Positions 23,970 to 35,919 of a DNA stretch of 44,969 nt are shown in pieces. Each line of letters opens with the position of its first letter. The first letter of the stretch is position 1. The DNA is from Octopus bimaculoides. Lineage: Eukaryota. The notes beneath the pieces are model-generated. The model was given only the letters and a program-made list of their open reading frames with translations. It searched no databases and had not been told where the DNA came from. The stretch is taken from the NCBI RefSeq assembly GCF_001194135.2, contig NC_068988.1, positions 97,595,738-97,640,706 of the forward strand, written 5' to 3'. A program made the position numbers and the translations under genes.

Positions 23970-24959
23970 TTCATCACACGTTTTGTTGGAGCTCTTGGAG
24001 TCTTATATACGCAACGGGTTTGCTACCTGCAGCCTACGGTACCAAGCTGTCCATTCTTTTCAGCCATCCAATACTTTCCTGATTATTCTGGCCATTCCAA
24101 GGAGGCAAAACCTTTGTAACATTTCTACTGGGCACTCGATTCCGATTTCCTTTATGTTCCCCTTAATCCCTTCTCATACTGTCCCCAACGACCCAACAAT
24201 AATCTTCACCATCTTCATTTTCCAAAACCGGGCAATTTTCTTTTTAAGAAAGTTGTATTTATCTATCTTTTCGACATCCTTTTTGACTATTCGTGGGTCA
24301 AAGGGGCATGCAACATTAACTATATAACATACGTGGTGCACCTTGTCCACCATCCTTTTCTCTGTTTCAACACTTTTTGGGGTACGTTACATAATACCAT
24401 ACTCTTCCTCTTCCTCGTATCTTCTTTCCTTTCTCTTGGACTTTTGGTTCTCTTTTTTCTTCCTCCATAAATACTCTCTCCATCTCACCTTCATACAGTT
24501 GGGTTCTCGACTCTTTCTCCGCTGGTAACTCCACTTTCTTTTTACTTTCTTTTTCCTTCCTACTGCCCTCCTTCACAGTTTCTTTTCTCACCTCTTCTCT
24601 CTTCCTTTTTCTGCTTCTCTGGCAGAGAACTCATTCTTCCGCTCCTCCTTCTTTTCTTTTTAACCATAGTGAATCCCTTCTCCGTTTCTTTATCTCTTGC
24701 CTTGTCCTGTACTACCTGGTCCACACTCTCATGTCTCTCCTCCTGTTCTGTTTGTGGCTTTCTTTGGGCGCACCACGCCTTCATGTGGCCCCTTTCTCCA
24801 CATGTGAAACATGCTGGCGGCCTACCCTCCACAATAACTCTCAGCTTCACATCTTCTGGCCGCACAATCTCATCCACCACACTATTCAAGTCCTCCGTTG
24901 TTGCCTGAATCGTTAATTCGATTCCAGAGACTCACGCAGTAACTTCAACTGGACGTCTG
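23970..24959 (-). mobile_element. Middle/3' part of a gag-like ORF1 (zinc knuckle) of an L1/Tx1-like LINE
   Basis: TEDLNSVVDEIVRPEDVKLRVIVEGRPPACFTCGERGHMKAWC contains CX2CX4HX4C, followed by a K/E-rich stretch (ORFs 24560-24889 and 24367-24591). The lower boundary is approximate. Confidence 0.7.
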
Positions 24960-25003
24960 ACCGCCAAGCAGTTCGACCGGCGTGCTAACGTTTCTGTCAG
25001 CTT
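24960..25003 (-). mobile_element. SINE family A head only (~44 bp)
   Basis: Minus strand aagctgacagaaacgttagcacgccggtcgaactgcttggcggt matches the head of the 13087-13287 and 35920 copies. Confidence 0.75.
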
Positions 25004-25319
25004 GCAGATATACATAAATGAAATGAAAATAAGCTGAGTGTGACAACAGGCAAATAATTAAGCAAGAAGAAATAAAGGTATTTGAAATGCCATTGACTAT
25101 CAATTTTTGCTTTATCGTGCGAGGTGCCTCAGCATTTTGTAGACACGTGTTGCATTAACGTAGCTTGTCACAGTGTGACAAGCCTGGACGTGTGAATTAC
25201 AGTTATCGCCCTTGCGACGAGTTTCTACGCAGTTTCCTTTTAACATTTCACCCAATTTTCTTCACACATTTTGGATTCGTCCAAGATGCAATCTAATGGA
25301 CGATCATATTTGGAGTATC

Positions 25320-25640
25320 GTTGGCAAATCACGGGGTTTCGGATTCAGTCAATGGCTTCTGGGCGAATTTCATTGACGAAAACTGAAAGAAGCCTATTGT
25401 TCATATGCAGATATGTGTGTGTGTGCGTGCGTACGTGTCTTTGTATTAGTTTCTGTACTGCCCGCCCCCACACACACTGCTTGAGAACCAGTGTTGGTTT
25501 GTTTATGTCTCCGTAAGTTAGCGTACCAGACTTACAAAAAAAAAAAGAAAAAAAATGTACAGGAGTCGGTTTGTTCGAGTAAATCGTTTCAAGGTGGTGC
25601 TCTAGCATGGCCGCAGTACAATAACTGAAAGAAGTAAAAT
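25320..25640 (+). mobile_element. SINE family B, diverged, with internal deletions
   Basis: gacgaaaactgaaagaagcc...tgcttgagaaccagtgttggtttgtttatgtctccgtaagttagcg...ggtggtgctctagcatggccgcagt...actgaaagaagtaaaa. Confidence 0.8.
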
Positions 25641-27076
25641 ACGATGAAAGTATGTATGTATAGATCTAGAGAGAGAGAGAGGGGGAAGAGAGAGAGGAAT
25701 AGGACAAAATGAATATAGAGAAGTATCATCGTCTCATTCATTTTATTTCATTTTCTTCAATATGTGCTGGTCTTCTTGAATTCCACCTGTCTTTCTTTCT
25801 TTCCTTCTCTCCTTCTTTCCTTCTTTCCTTCTCTCCTTTCTTTCTTTCTTTCTTTCTTTCTTTCCCAACAAATCCTTTCCCTAACCTTTCGTTCATGTTT
25901 TACAATCTGTTTTACATCTTCAGAAATAATCTGTTGTCCAGGCCTCAATAAAAAGCTGTCCCTTGTCCTTCAATTCAGGAATATTGCCGAATGTTGTTAA
26001 CGAAACCGTACAACATTATCTTTAACCACTCTTGTTATAATAACGAAGATTTGCAACAGAAAATTATGAAAGACAGCGAGAAAGTAAACCGTGGATTTTG
26101 ATAGAATTTTCCAAGACCTTTCGTAGTCATGGGAAATAACTAAAGAAGAAGAAAAAATGCTTGATTCTTCCGTTGTAAAACAAAAACCTATTTCGTTTTC
26201 ATATCATCTGCCAAGCTAAACATATCTATTGAATCTGAATAGACAAACGTTGGTGCAAATCTTACAAATATACAATTCAGCCAAACTTTGTTAGTCTTGT
26301 GATAATGAATCTCTAAACTGTGATGCTTCTTTCCGTTTTGCTGTTACTCCGTTATGGCAGACATCACAAACTTTCTCCTTTTCACTCATATTGTAGTGAC
26401 AATTTGAAGAAGTTTTCGTTTTGTGCATCCGGTTAATTTTTGCCTCTCATACATACATACATACGTACATACATACATACATACATACATACATACAAAC
26501 ATACATACATACATACATACATACGTACGTATATACATACATACGTACGTATANNNNNNNNNNNNNNNNNNNNNNNNNNNNNNNNNNNNNNNNNNNNNNN
26601 NNNNNNNNNNNNNNNNNNNNNNNNNNNNNNNNNNNNNNNNNNNNNNNNNNNNNNNNNNNNNNNNNNNNNNNNNNNNNNNNNNNNNNNNNNNNNNNNNNNN
26701 NNNNNNNNNNNNNNNNNNNNNNNNNNNNNNNNNNNNNNNNNNNNNNNNNNNNNNNNNNNNNNNNNNNNNNNNNNNNNNNNNNNNNNNNNNNNNNNNNNNN
26801 NNNNNNNNNNNNNNNNNNNNNNNNNNNNNNNNNNNNNNNNNNNNNNNNNNNNNNNNNNNNNNNNNNNNNNNNNNNNNNNNNNNNNNNNNNNNNNNNNNNN
26901 NNNNNNNNNNNNNNNNNNNNNNNNNNNNNNNNNNNNNNNNNNNNNNNNNNNNNNNNNNNNNNNNNNNNNNNNNNNNNNNNNNNNNNNNNNNNNNNNNNNN
27001 NNNNNNNNNNNNNNNNNNNNNNNNNNNNNNNNNNNNNNNNNNNNNNNNNNNNNNNNNNNNNNNNNNNNNNNNNNNN

Positions 27077-27118
<42 letters not shown>

Positions 27119-27839
27119 TATATGCCTAAAAATACTCTCAAATACGTGTATTTTTGTGGATATATGTGTATAAATGTTTGTATGTGTGCATGTATGTTGG
27201 AGCAGCCTTATGGCAAGGCTGGCAACATTGGTAGATGAAGATTTCGCTTCACCCAATACTTCAATATTCCAGAATTGAACTGACTTGAAGTAGAGAGAGC
27301 ATGTCATTGATGAAGTACTGAATGGCAACGAAGGATCTTTGACTAGCTGTTTTATTGGTTGGCAAACCTAACAGATTGACCCGACGATTAATCAACCTAT
27401 CAGATTAAATGGTTAACCAGTCAACTAATAATAAAGATGTGAAACAGAACCAGTGCGTGTGTTTATTATTAGCATAATCACACTCCAGAGAAACAACAAA
27501 ATCTGAAACTAGATTTAGTTTGGATTTCCATGTCAGATTAAAATATTGAATTTTAAGATACGACTTAGTGAAACCAAGATTGTAAAGTGATGGCACTAGA
27601 TATTATATTAGCCATTTTGGAAGGAAAATTGAGATTAGGAATTTGGACTCGACTGGCCTGACATTATCACTGAGTATTAAAAAGAGGTTTCCGGTTTTCC
27701 ACTCATCCAGTTCTCTTACGATGTCTTCTTTTACATCAAGATACAAAGTGTCTCTGCCCGACATTGAGATTTCTACGAGACAAATTTAGCTCCAGCTCCA
27801 ACACCAACTTTACTTTCGACTTCGTAACTCTCTGTCACT

Positions 27840-27960
27840 TGGAACATAATATATTGCCAAGATCCGAAGTATCATGCCACAGGACTGTGTTACCAATGTT
27901 ATCAACTCAACTCGCACCAGCTTTCATTATAAAGATTTAATATGGGGTGAAATGCATCAG
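27840..27960 (+). mobile_element. L2/CR1-group LINE RT C-terminal fragment
   Basis: YIAKIRSIMPQDCVTNVINSTRTSFHYKDLIWG resembles NIAKIRxxL...TSRLDYCNSL/HFDYCDLIWG of L2-type RTs. Confidence 0.45.
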
Positions 27961-28479
27961 TCCTCGGTCGGTTGTCGTTACCACATCGTCATTAGTAAAG
28001 ATCTGCTCGACAGCACCTCTAACCATACATATTTGTTCCTATATAAAAATAGCACAAAAGACAGAATGATGAAGTCTAAGATATCCTATATCTGAAAATT
28101 ATACCGGACCGCCACGGTTGAGACGATTTTGTGCAGAGATCTATCACTTCAATGAGTTCAATGAGAGAAGACATGGGGTTAAACAATTTTTGTTGCTAAA
28201 CCTCGAATTAGAATTAACAGCAAAATCTTCTTCAAATGAAGCTCAGCTGCTTAAATGTTTTGCCAACGAAGTCCATTTTGTGTCATATTTTTTTGGCCCC
28301 AACAAAATAATAAATGGTATTATCAAATAGTGTAATCTTGCGTGCCCCTAATAAGACAGGATAGTCACGACGTCCATTATAGGTCTACTAGAACTACAAG
28401 AAGGTCTACAACAATAATAACAGCAACAATATGAAGAATAATAACACTGATAACAATAAAGCGGCTGAATGATTCTCGA

Positions 28480-28690
28480 CCTGCCAGAATTAACAACCAA
28501 ATCTCCTTCAAAGAATAACTTGACCATCGTTGATTCAATGACGAAGCCTCTACTTGACCATTCGACCTGCTACAAATAGCAGCCAAATCTCCTTTCAAAC
28601 ACACACCTCCATCTCAGCAAAGGATTCTGGATCCCTGTACGCAAGAAAAAGATGAAATGGCCACGGCTGGAATGCCTTTGAATGTATGTC
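28480..28690. repeat. Interspersed repeat family D, copy 2 (inverted relative to 11.7 kb)
   Basis: tcgacctgctacaaatagcagccaaatctcc...ggccacggctggaatgcctttga. A second degenerate copy of the motif lies at ~28477-28512. Confidence 0.55.
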
Positions 28691-29245
28691 AACTAAACTA
28701 GTGATTTTCTAGGTGCAATACAATAACAAACACGACTCCCTCTCCGTTTCCACAAGGAGTTTAACTACTGAAAGACCTTTTGGTATTTGGGTGTCGGCTT
28801 AGGGGTCTATGGAGAGCTTACACAATCATACATTGTGGGTCACCTTTGCCTGTGGTGATACGCAAACATAACAAAGAGTAAGTATAAAGAATGAAAAAAA
28901 AATCTCTGGAATGGTTGTATTATGGTTTTGTTCGAACAAGTCTGACCTGAACATAAACACTACCACCACCACCACCACCACCACCACCACCACCACCACC
29001 AAAAACAGCCCATACATCTGGAATGTGTAAAAGTATTGAAGTTGCCAGATGGACAGCTAGGTGGGGACAAGTGAGGGCAGTCGAGTGTGAGTGCAGGTGT
29101 GAAAGGCTGCCAAATTTTCTTTAGTCTTTATTACCAATTAATCAAGGTGGGTGTGTGTCAAAGATGCCTTCTTTCCCGCTCGCTGAGAACTATTGCTACA
29201 TTGCTGCGCTGACCTGATTTTCTATATTAAATAATGTCCTTTTAG

Positions 29246-29377
29246 ATACGCTGAGCTGAAAGACTTGTGTGAAGTGCATCGCTGCAACGCTTTCGACATT
29301 AGTACTTCGATCATAAATGGTGATCCGGATTAACGCTGCTGCCGTATCAAAATCCTACGAATTTAGTATGCGTGACG
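29246..29377 (+). other. Candidate spliced exon of an unidentified host gene
   Basis: Acceptor gtccttttAG at 29244-29245, donor GACG/GTAAAG at 29378, unique sequence. Encodes either (R)YAELKDLCEVHRCNAFDISTSIINGDPD* (stop 29331-29333) or, from ATG 29317 (context ATAAATGG), MVIRINAAAVSKSYEFSMRD. Neither peptide is recognised. Confidence 0.3.
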
Positions 29378-31702
29378 GTAAAGAACCATAGTATTATCTT
29401 TATGATGATAATTGTATTCACGGGTCTCGAGTTGCCGTCATAACCGTAGGAGGGAGACACTCGATCGCTTGGCATACAAAATATGGGATATCATCCAATT
29501 CTAGGGATAGACACCAACTAAAGATTTCTGATATTGATAAGATGATATCTTATCTAACAACCCGTGTAATGTCAATAAAAAACCAGCCTTGAAGCAATTA
29601 ATATACATTGCTTATTGTTTCAATGGAAATGTTTGTGTTTTGCGCTTCTCATTTAGTTTGTGTGTGTGTGTGTGTGTGTGTGNNNNNNNNNNNNNNNNNN
29701 NNNNNNNNNNNNNNNNNNNNNNNNNNNNNNNNNNNNNNNNNNNNNNNNNNNNNNNNNNNNNNNNNNNNNNNNNNNNNNNNNNNNNNNNNNNNNNNNNNNN
29801 NNNNNNNNNNNNNNNNNNNNNNNNNNNNNNNNNNNNNNNNNNNNNNNNNNNNNNNNNNNNNNNNNNNNNNNNNNNNNNNNNNNNNNNNNNNNNNNNNNNN
29901 NNNNNNNNNNNNNNNNNNNNNNNNNNNNNNNNNNNNNNNNNNNNNNNNNNNNNNNNNNNNNNNNNNNNNNNNNNNNNNNNNNNNNNNNNNNNNNNNNNNN
30001 NNNNNNNNNNNNNNNNNNNNNNNNNNNNNNNNNNNNNNNNNNNNNNNNNNNNNNNNNNNNNNNNNNNNNNNNNNNNNNNNNNNNNNNNNNNNNNNNNNNN
30101 NNNNNNNNNNNNNNNNNNNNNNNNNNNNNNNNNNNNNNNNNNNNNNNNNNNNNNNNNNNNNNNNNNNNNNNNNNNNNNNNNNNNNNNNNNNNNNNNNNNN
30201 NNNNNNNNNNNNNNNNNNNNNNNNNNNNNNNNNNNNNNNNNNNNNNNNNNNNNNNNNNNNNNNNNNNNNNNNNNNNNNNNNNNNNNNNNNNNNNNNNNNN
30301 NNNNNNNNNNNNNNNNNNNNNNNNNNNNNNNNNNNNNNNNNNNNNNNNNNNNNNNNNNNNNNNNNNNNNNNNNNNNNNNNNNNNNNNNNNNNNNNNNGGA
30401 GAAGGAGGAGAAGGAGGAGGAGGAGGAGGAGGAGACCGACGACGCCGGCGACAACGACGAAGTAGAGGAGGGGAGGAGCGAAAAACCTGAAAAGAGAGAA
30501 ATGCCTGCCTGCCTGCTTCCTAAGAATGTGATTTTTATTTTAAAAAGGATTTTGTTTTATTATCTTTGATTACTTGCATATTGCACGGGTGCACACACAT
30601 ATACAAGATTATTTACACCTTTATATCTTGTGCATAGGATGGAATATTTGCAGATATGTATGCTCACATACACCCATTCACGAATACATACATAAAAATA
30701 TATGTATGTGTGTATGTATAAACATATATATGCAAATATATATGTGTGTGTGTGTATGTATATTTACTTGTATATATGTGTGTATGCATGTATGTTTGTA
30801 TGTATATTCGTATGTATGCATATGCAGACATTTACACAAAGTGTTCTCTCTCTCTCCCACACACACCGTGCGCGCATTGTCACATACACTCTTATACACG
30901 CACGCACGCGTATACACGTACACATACGCATACACAAACACGCGCGCGCCAGCAGATGCACAAAGCGAAAAAGAGAGAAAATGAAAAGCTGAAGGAAATC
31001 GAAGAAGAAAGGAAGGAAGAAAGAAAGAAATTAAGGATAGGAAGGAAGAAGCAAAATGGCGTCGTTGCAATGGAATGGAGAGAAACTCTTGAACGTGCGA
31101 TGTGGTGGCGGAGATGGGAGTCCTGCTGGTTAGCAACGCTAACAACAGCAACAGTGCATGACAGCTACAAAAGCATGTTTACCTACAATGAATATCTCCC
31201 CCCCTCCCTTCTTTCTTATATTCGGTAAACAACCTTAAAAGACCAACAACAAAAACAACAACAAAAGCAAAATAAAGATTGCCTCCCTTTTTGTTGTTGT
31301 TGGGTCAACAACCTTAACAACAGCAACAACAATGACAAAGACAATTGTAATATAAACAGCTGCATTGACTAAGAGACGTAATTCTGTAAGAGGAACCTTT
31401 AGGGGGTGGGGCATGACTTGTCTAATTCCCTCAAATCATAACATAACACCTTCTGTTTATTTGTTTTTTTTTTAATGGAAAGAAAGGGATGGAAGCATTT
31501 GATATATGTAAAAAAATAAAGAAAAAGGAAAAATATGGAAAGGGCTGATCATAGATTGAACGTGTTTGATACGAGATCTCCTTGGTCAGCGATTGGCCTA
31601 AAGCTGGACAAGGATAGGGGCGATGACGATTGCCACAGCAATAGGAATCTTAATGAAAATCTGTTGATAACAGGACATTCATTACTACAGGTATTGCAAT
31701 TA

Positions 31703-31729
31703 TATCGTCGTCGTCGTCGTCGTCGTCGT

Positions 31730-31761
<32 letters not shown>

Positions 31762-31800
31762 GCGTCAGTAGCAACAGGAGCAACAGTAACAACAATGGCA
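31703..31800. repeat. Compound (CGT)n(CAT)n(CAG)n microsatellite
   Basis: Directly visible. Confidence 0.95.
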
Positions 31801-31922
31801 ACAACATGATGTTATACTGAATAATAATCAGAAACAATAGCCAGCTGTAGCAATACGAACAACTAAAACCACCACTCTTACTACTCTCATTACTGTCACT
31901 ACTTCTACGTCCATAGCATTTT

Positions 31923-32483
31923 CTATGTTGGGGTACAAATGATAGTCAGAGGGGACCAAATCAGGAGATAGGGATAGTGATCAACCAGTTCAAAGCCCGC
32001 ACAGACCCGCACAGTAGCCATTGAAACCAAGGACTTGTGTGCTGGAGCATGGTTCTGATGAAACAACACCCCTTTCGTCAATTTTTCTGGGCGTTTGGTC
32101 TTCAGAGCCTTTCGTAACTGCCTCAGCAAGTTGGCATGGTACTCTCCCTGGATGGCATGGTGGCTTTGAAGATAAACACAATGTCTTCTGCAGCTCAAAA
32201 AACTCAGGCCGTCACCTTTTTTGCAGTCTTGGGAGCTAGGTGGCCAGATGTCAAGGGTGGTGTGATCGAAGAAATTGTCTGACAGCCATGACTGGGTTCT
32301 CCTGATTGTGTGACATGGTGTAGAGTCCTGTTGCCAGACATAGGGTGTTCCAGCACCCACCCTCTTCACCCAGGGCAGCACTACCTCCTCCAGGCACTTG
32401 ATATAGGACTCCGTACTGAGGCCGTGTGGGAAGATGAATGGAAGCATAGCGTTGCCATCACTTGTGATCACTCTAAACACCAT
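31923..32483 (-). pseudogene. 186-aa chimeric transposase ORF (maT-like N-half + irritans-like C-half)
   Basis: The ORF track frame is open across the junction at the T6 run 32217-32222. Both halves match different mariner/Tc1 lineages. Confidence 0.6.
31925..32220 (-). mobile_element. Irritans-subfamily-like mariner fragment (catalytic core)
   Basis: KVTA*VF*AAEDIVFI (cf. KVMASVFWDAEG), YLQSHHAIQGEYHANLLRQLRKALKTKRPEKLTKGVLFHQNHAPAHKSLVSMATVR..GFELVDH, and SDYHLYPN. Confidence 0.85.
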
Positions 32484-32781
32484 GATGTTGACTGGATGTT
32501 TGGTTTTTATCGCTCTCGGTACTTGTCCTCAGATTGCACTGTCCTCCGACTGACACCCAAACACTCTAAAATGCTCGTATTGGAGCTTCCGGCACGAATG
32601 TGAAGCAGTACAGTATGTCATTTCCAAATTTCTGACATAGTGAATTGCGCCATGGTGCTGGTTTTGTCACAGTTGGTGCCCAACTGACCCTACTATACTG
32701 TGTAGTCGACAAAATAAACAAAATGCACGCGCGTGAAATTAAAAATATAAAATGGCAACAATTTAACCATCGCACCCTGTA
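32217..32781 (-). mobile_element. maT/DD37D-like Tc1-mariner element, left end and internally deleted transposase
   Basis: Terminus TA-CAGGGTGCGATGGTTAAATTGTTGCC at 32781. ATG ~32653 gives MAQFTMSEIWK*HTVLLHIRAGSSNTSILECLGVSRRTVQ. After a deletion: KTKHPVNIMVFRVITSDG...YIKCLEEVVLPWV...YVWQQDSTPCH...WPPSSQDC. Confidence 0.85.
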
Positions 32782-32864
32782 CACACACACACATAGATAT
32801 ATAGATATAGCTGTAGATATAAATATATGTATAATGCATGTATGTATATATGTGTGTGTGTACG

Positions 32865-32912
<48 letters not shown>

Positions 32913-34087
32913 CGTATGTATATCTATATATATACATATATATTTTTATGTATATTCATGTATGTATGTATGTATCTGTGTATANNNNNNNNNNNNNNNN
33001 NNNNNNNNNNNNNNNNNNNNNNNNNNNNNNNNNNNNNNNNNNNNNNNNNNNNNNNNNNNNNNNNNNNNNNNNNNNNNNNNNNNNNNNNNNNNNNNNNNNN
33101 NNNNNNNNNATATATATATATATATATATACATATATACATAAGGATTTACTTTTCGTAATGAGATAAAAAACCAAGGCTGTGTATAATATAGAACATAT
33201 ATATATATATACACATACATATACATATATATTTGGATAGGCATGCATACACACGTGTGTATGAATGTATGTATGTATGTATGTATGAATCCGCACACAC
33301 GTAGATGTGCATCTACACCTGCATACGTGTGTGCGTGTATGTGTATTTAATTGTGTGTGTGTGCATGTTTTAGTCTGTGTGTATATAACCTACATACAAA
33401 CACACGCTTAGTCTAGTGTAAGGAGAAAACGGAGCCGTCCAGTCTACGGCTTCTGATAATACAGTTCAATTTATTGGTTTATAAAGGTCTTGAGATTCAC
33501 AATAGATTCCTCTCTTCTCAGACGAATTGAAGCCGAAAACAAAAGAGCAGTCTGTGTTTCTGTGGAAGCGAATTCTCGAATATATTTTCAAGCCTCTTCA
33601 ATGTTACCATAGAGTTTTCATATTCCTGCTCAACAGACGTTCAGCTTTGTTTGTGATATGTTTTGAAATTTATTTACCGTGTTTCTTTTCTATGTTTTAT
33701 GGGTTTTTTTCTTTCTTACTAACGTTATTGTTGTTGCTGTTGTTGTTGTTGATGGTGATTTTGTTTCTATATTTATTGATATTTTTTTTTGCTTTCTTTT
33801 TCTAAGGGGTTGGATTTTGAGGGGTTTATTTTCTTCGGACATTAAGACTATTTAAGTGAGTGCATAGCTATATATCATTAGCGCAGAGCAATCACCACCA
33901 CCATCATCATGATCATCATCAACAACAACAGCAGCAGCAGCATTAGTTGCAACCACTGAAGTAGTAGTAGTTGTAGTAGTAGTAGTAGTAGTAGTTTATT
34001 GTTTGTAATTTCCGTTCATCATCGTCGTCGTCGCCGTCGTTTCTCTTCATATTGTTCATAGTCATGTTTAGTATTGGAGTGGATCGT

Positions 34088-34172
34088 TTTTAAGGCTATG
34101 AGGTGTGGTATTTAATGAAATTTGTTTGCTATTTCTAGCAGACCAAGTGACCAAGGGTGAGGCTTTCCTTGC
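34088..34172. repeat. Interspersed repeat family D, fragment 3
   Basis: aatttgtttgctatttctagcagaccaagtgacc resembles 11835-11867 and the reverse complement of 28562-28591. Confidence 0.5.
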
Positions 34173-34555
34173 TTTCGTTGCATACAGGTGTTTATTTGCA
34201 GAATGGCATTTATATTTGCATTTTATAGAATCAGAGACAAGAGCGGACTAGAGATTCCTAAAATTACAACTGATGCAGTCTATGTTGTAGGAATAATAAT
34301 AGGTAGCCGTAAAAAAATACACCGTTACCAAAGGGAAGTGAGTGTAGTGGCTTGGACATGTAATAAGCAGCCCCCACCACCCGCACCCCACCACCACCCA
34401 AAAGAAGTACACATACAGAAAACGTCGAACCAAGAAGTGTTTTAATCCAATATTTACATGGTGTTATTTATAGCACTATTTCGAGTTTATCCGTTAAAAA
34501 CGAATTATTTCATGTTCCTTCGAAGTTTCTTATAGGGACAACTATATATATATAT

Positions 34556-34586
<31 letters not shown>

Positions 34587-35725
34587 NNNNNNNNNNNNNN
34601 NNNNNNNNNNNNNNNNNNNNNNNNNNNNNNNNNNNNNNNNNNNNNNNNNNNNNNNNNNNNNNNNNNNNNNNNNNNNNNNNNNNNNNNNNNNNNNNNNNNN
34701 NNNNNNNNNNNNNNNNNNNNNNNNNNNNNNNNNNNNNNNNNNNNNNNNNNNNNNNNNNNNNNNNNNNNNNNNNNNNNNNNNNNNNNNNNNNNNNNNNNNN
34801 NNNNNNNNNNNNNNNNNNNNNNNNNNNNNNNNNNNNNNNNNNNNNNNNNNNNNNNNNNNNNNNNNNNNNNNNNNNNNNNNNNNNNNNNNNNNNNNNNNNN
34901 NNNNNNNNNNNNNNNNNNNNNNNNNNNNNNNNNNNNNNNNNNNNNNNNNNNNNNNNNNNNNNNNNNNNNNNNNNNNNNNNNNNNNNNNNNNNNNNNNNNN
35001 NNNNNNNNNNNNNNNNNNNNNNNNNNNNNNNNNNNNNNNNNNNNNNNNNNNNNNNNNNNNNNNNNNNNNNNNNNNNNNNNNNNNNNNNNNNNNNNNNNNN
35101 NNNNNNNNNNNNNNNNNNNNNNNNNNNNNNNNNNNNNNNNNNNNNNNNNNNNNNNNNNNNNNNNNNNNNNTATATATATATATATATATATGTGTATACA
35201 TATATATGCATATATATATATATAGGTGTATATATATATGTGTGCGTGTGCGTGTTTTTGTGTGCGTATTTCTATAAATGTATATAATTATGTATGCAGT
35301 CTGTAATTGGCTAAAATAATATCCGTGAGAATAAAGTGAAACTGTATTGCGATCCACAAAAATCACTGTATATATTGTAATAGCATACGATTGTCGACCT
35401 TCGACTTATTATTCCTTACGTTCCATTATATTAACGTTGTGGATAGGAAATTTTTAACTAATTTTTTTTTCTTCTTGAAACCTCTGCTAAAGTACTTTGT
35501 ACAAAAATAATTAGTTTTGTTATATTTGGGAAATAGTGCAAGTATAATTACTTTTGTTCCTTTTTGGCTTTTTTTTATACATCGGCGAGATGACAAATAC
35601 CTGCCAAGCGACAACACAGCTTCCGGCTTTCTTGAAAAAAGTTGCGAATATAATTTACAAGGACAAGAACTTACGCAGAGCTGAGCTGGATCTTGTATGT
35701 TAGGTTTTCCACAAGATATTATTAC

Positions 35726-35777
<52 letters not shown>

Positions 35778-35919
35778 GAAAGGATTGAGGTAACTCCTCC
35801 TGAAGATATAGAGTAAAAATTCACTAGATAACAATGGCACTCTTCTTTTAATTTTGATATTATTATTGTTATTATTATTATTATTATTATTAATATTATT
35901 ATTATTATTATTTTTTATT

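Noticed and set aside
33433-33451. AGCCGT/ACGGCT hairpin with a nearby CTAG, a possible Helitron 3' end
   Set aside because: On the strand where CTAG follows the hairpin it is followed by A rather than T, and no 5' TC end or other copies are seen.
33522-33550. RIEAENKRA resemblance to the SNAP-25 C-terminus (RIDEANxRA)
   Set aside because: The match is only about 9 residues and the following sequence does not fit; no gene name was assigned.
33527-33805. Hydrophobic ORF that looks like a membrane protein
   Set aside because: The hydrophobicity comes from T-rich and (TTG)n sequence; it has a TTG start and no recognisable domain.
35560-35705. YIGEMT... 40-codon frame resembling the YIG half of a GIY-YIG nuclease
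   Set aside because: It is a single short motif following a T-rich tract, and the downstream residues do not match the RLxxRFxEH pattern.
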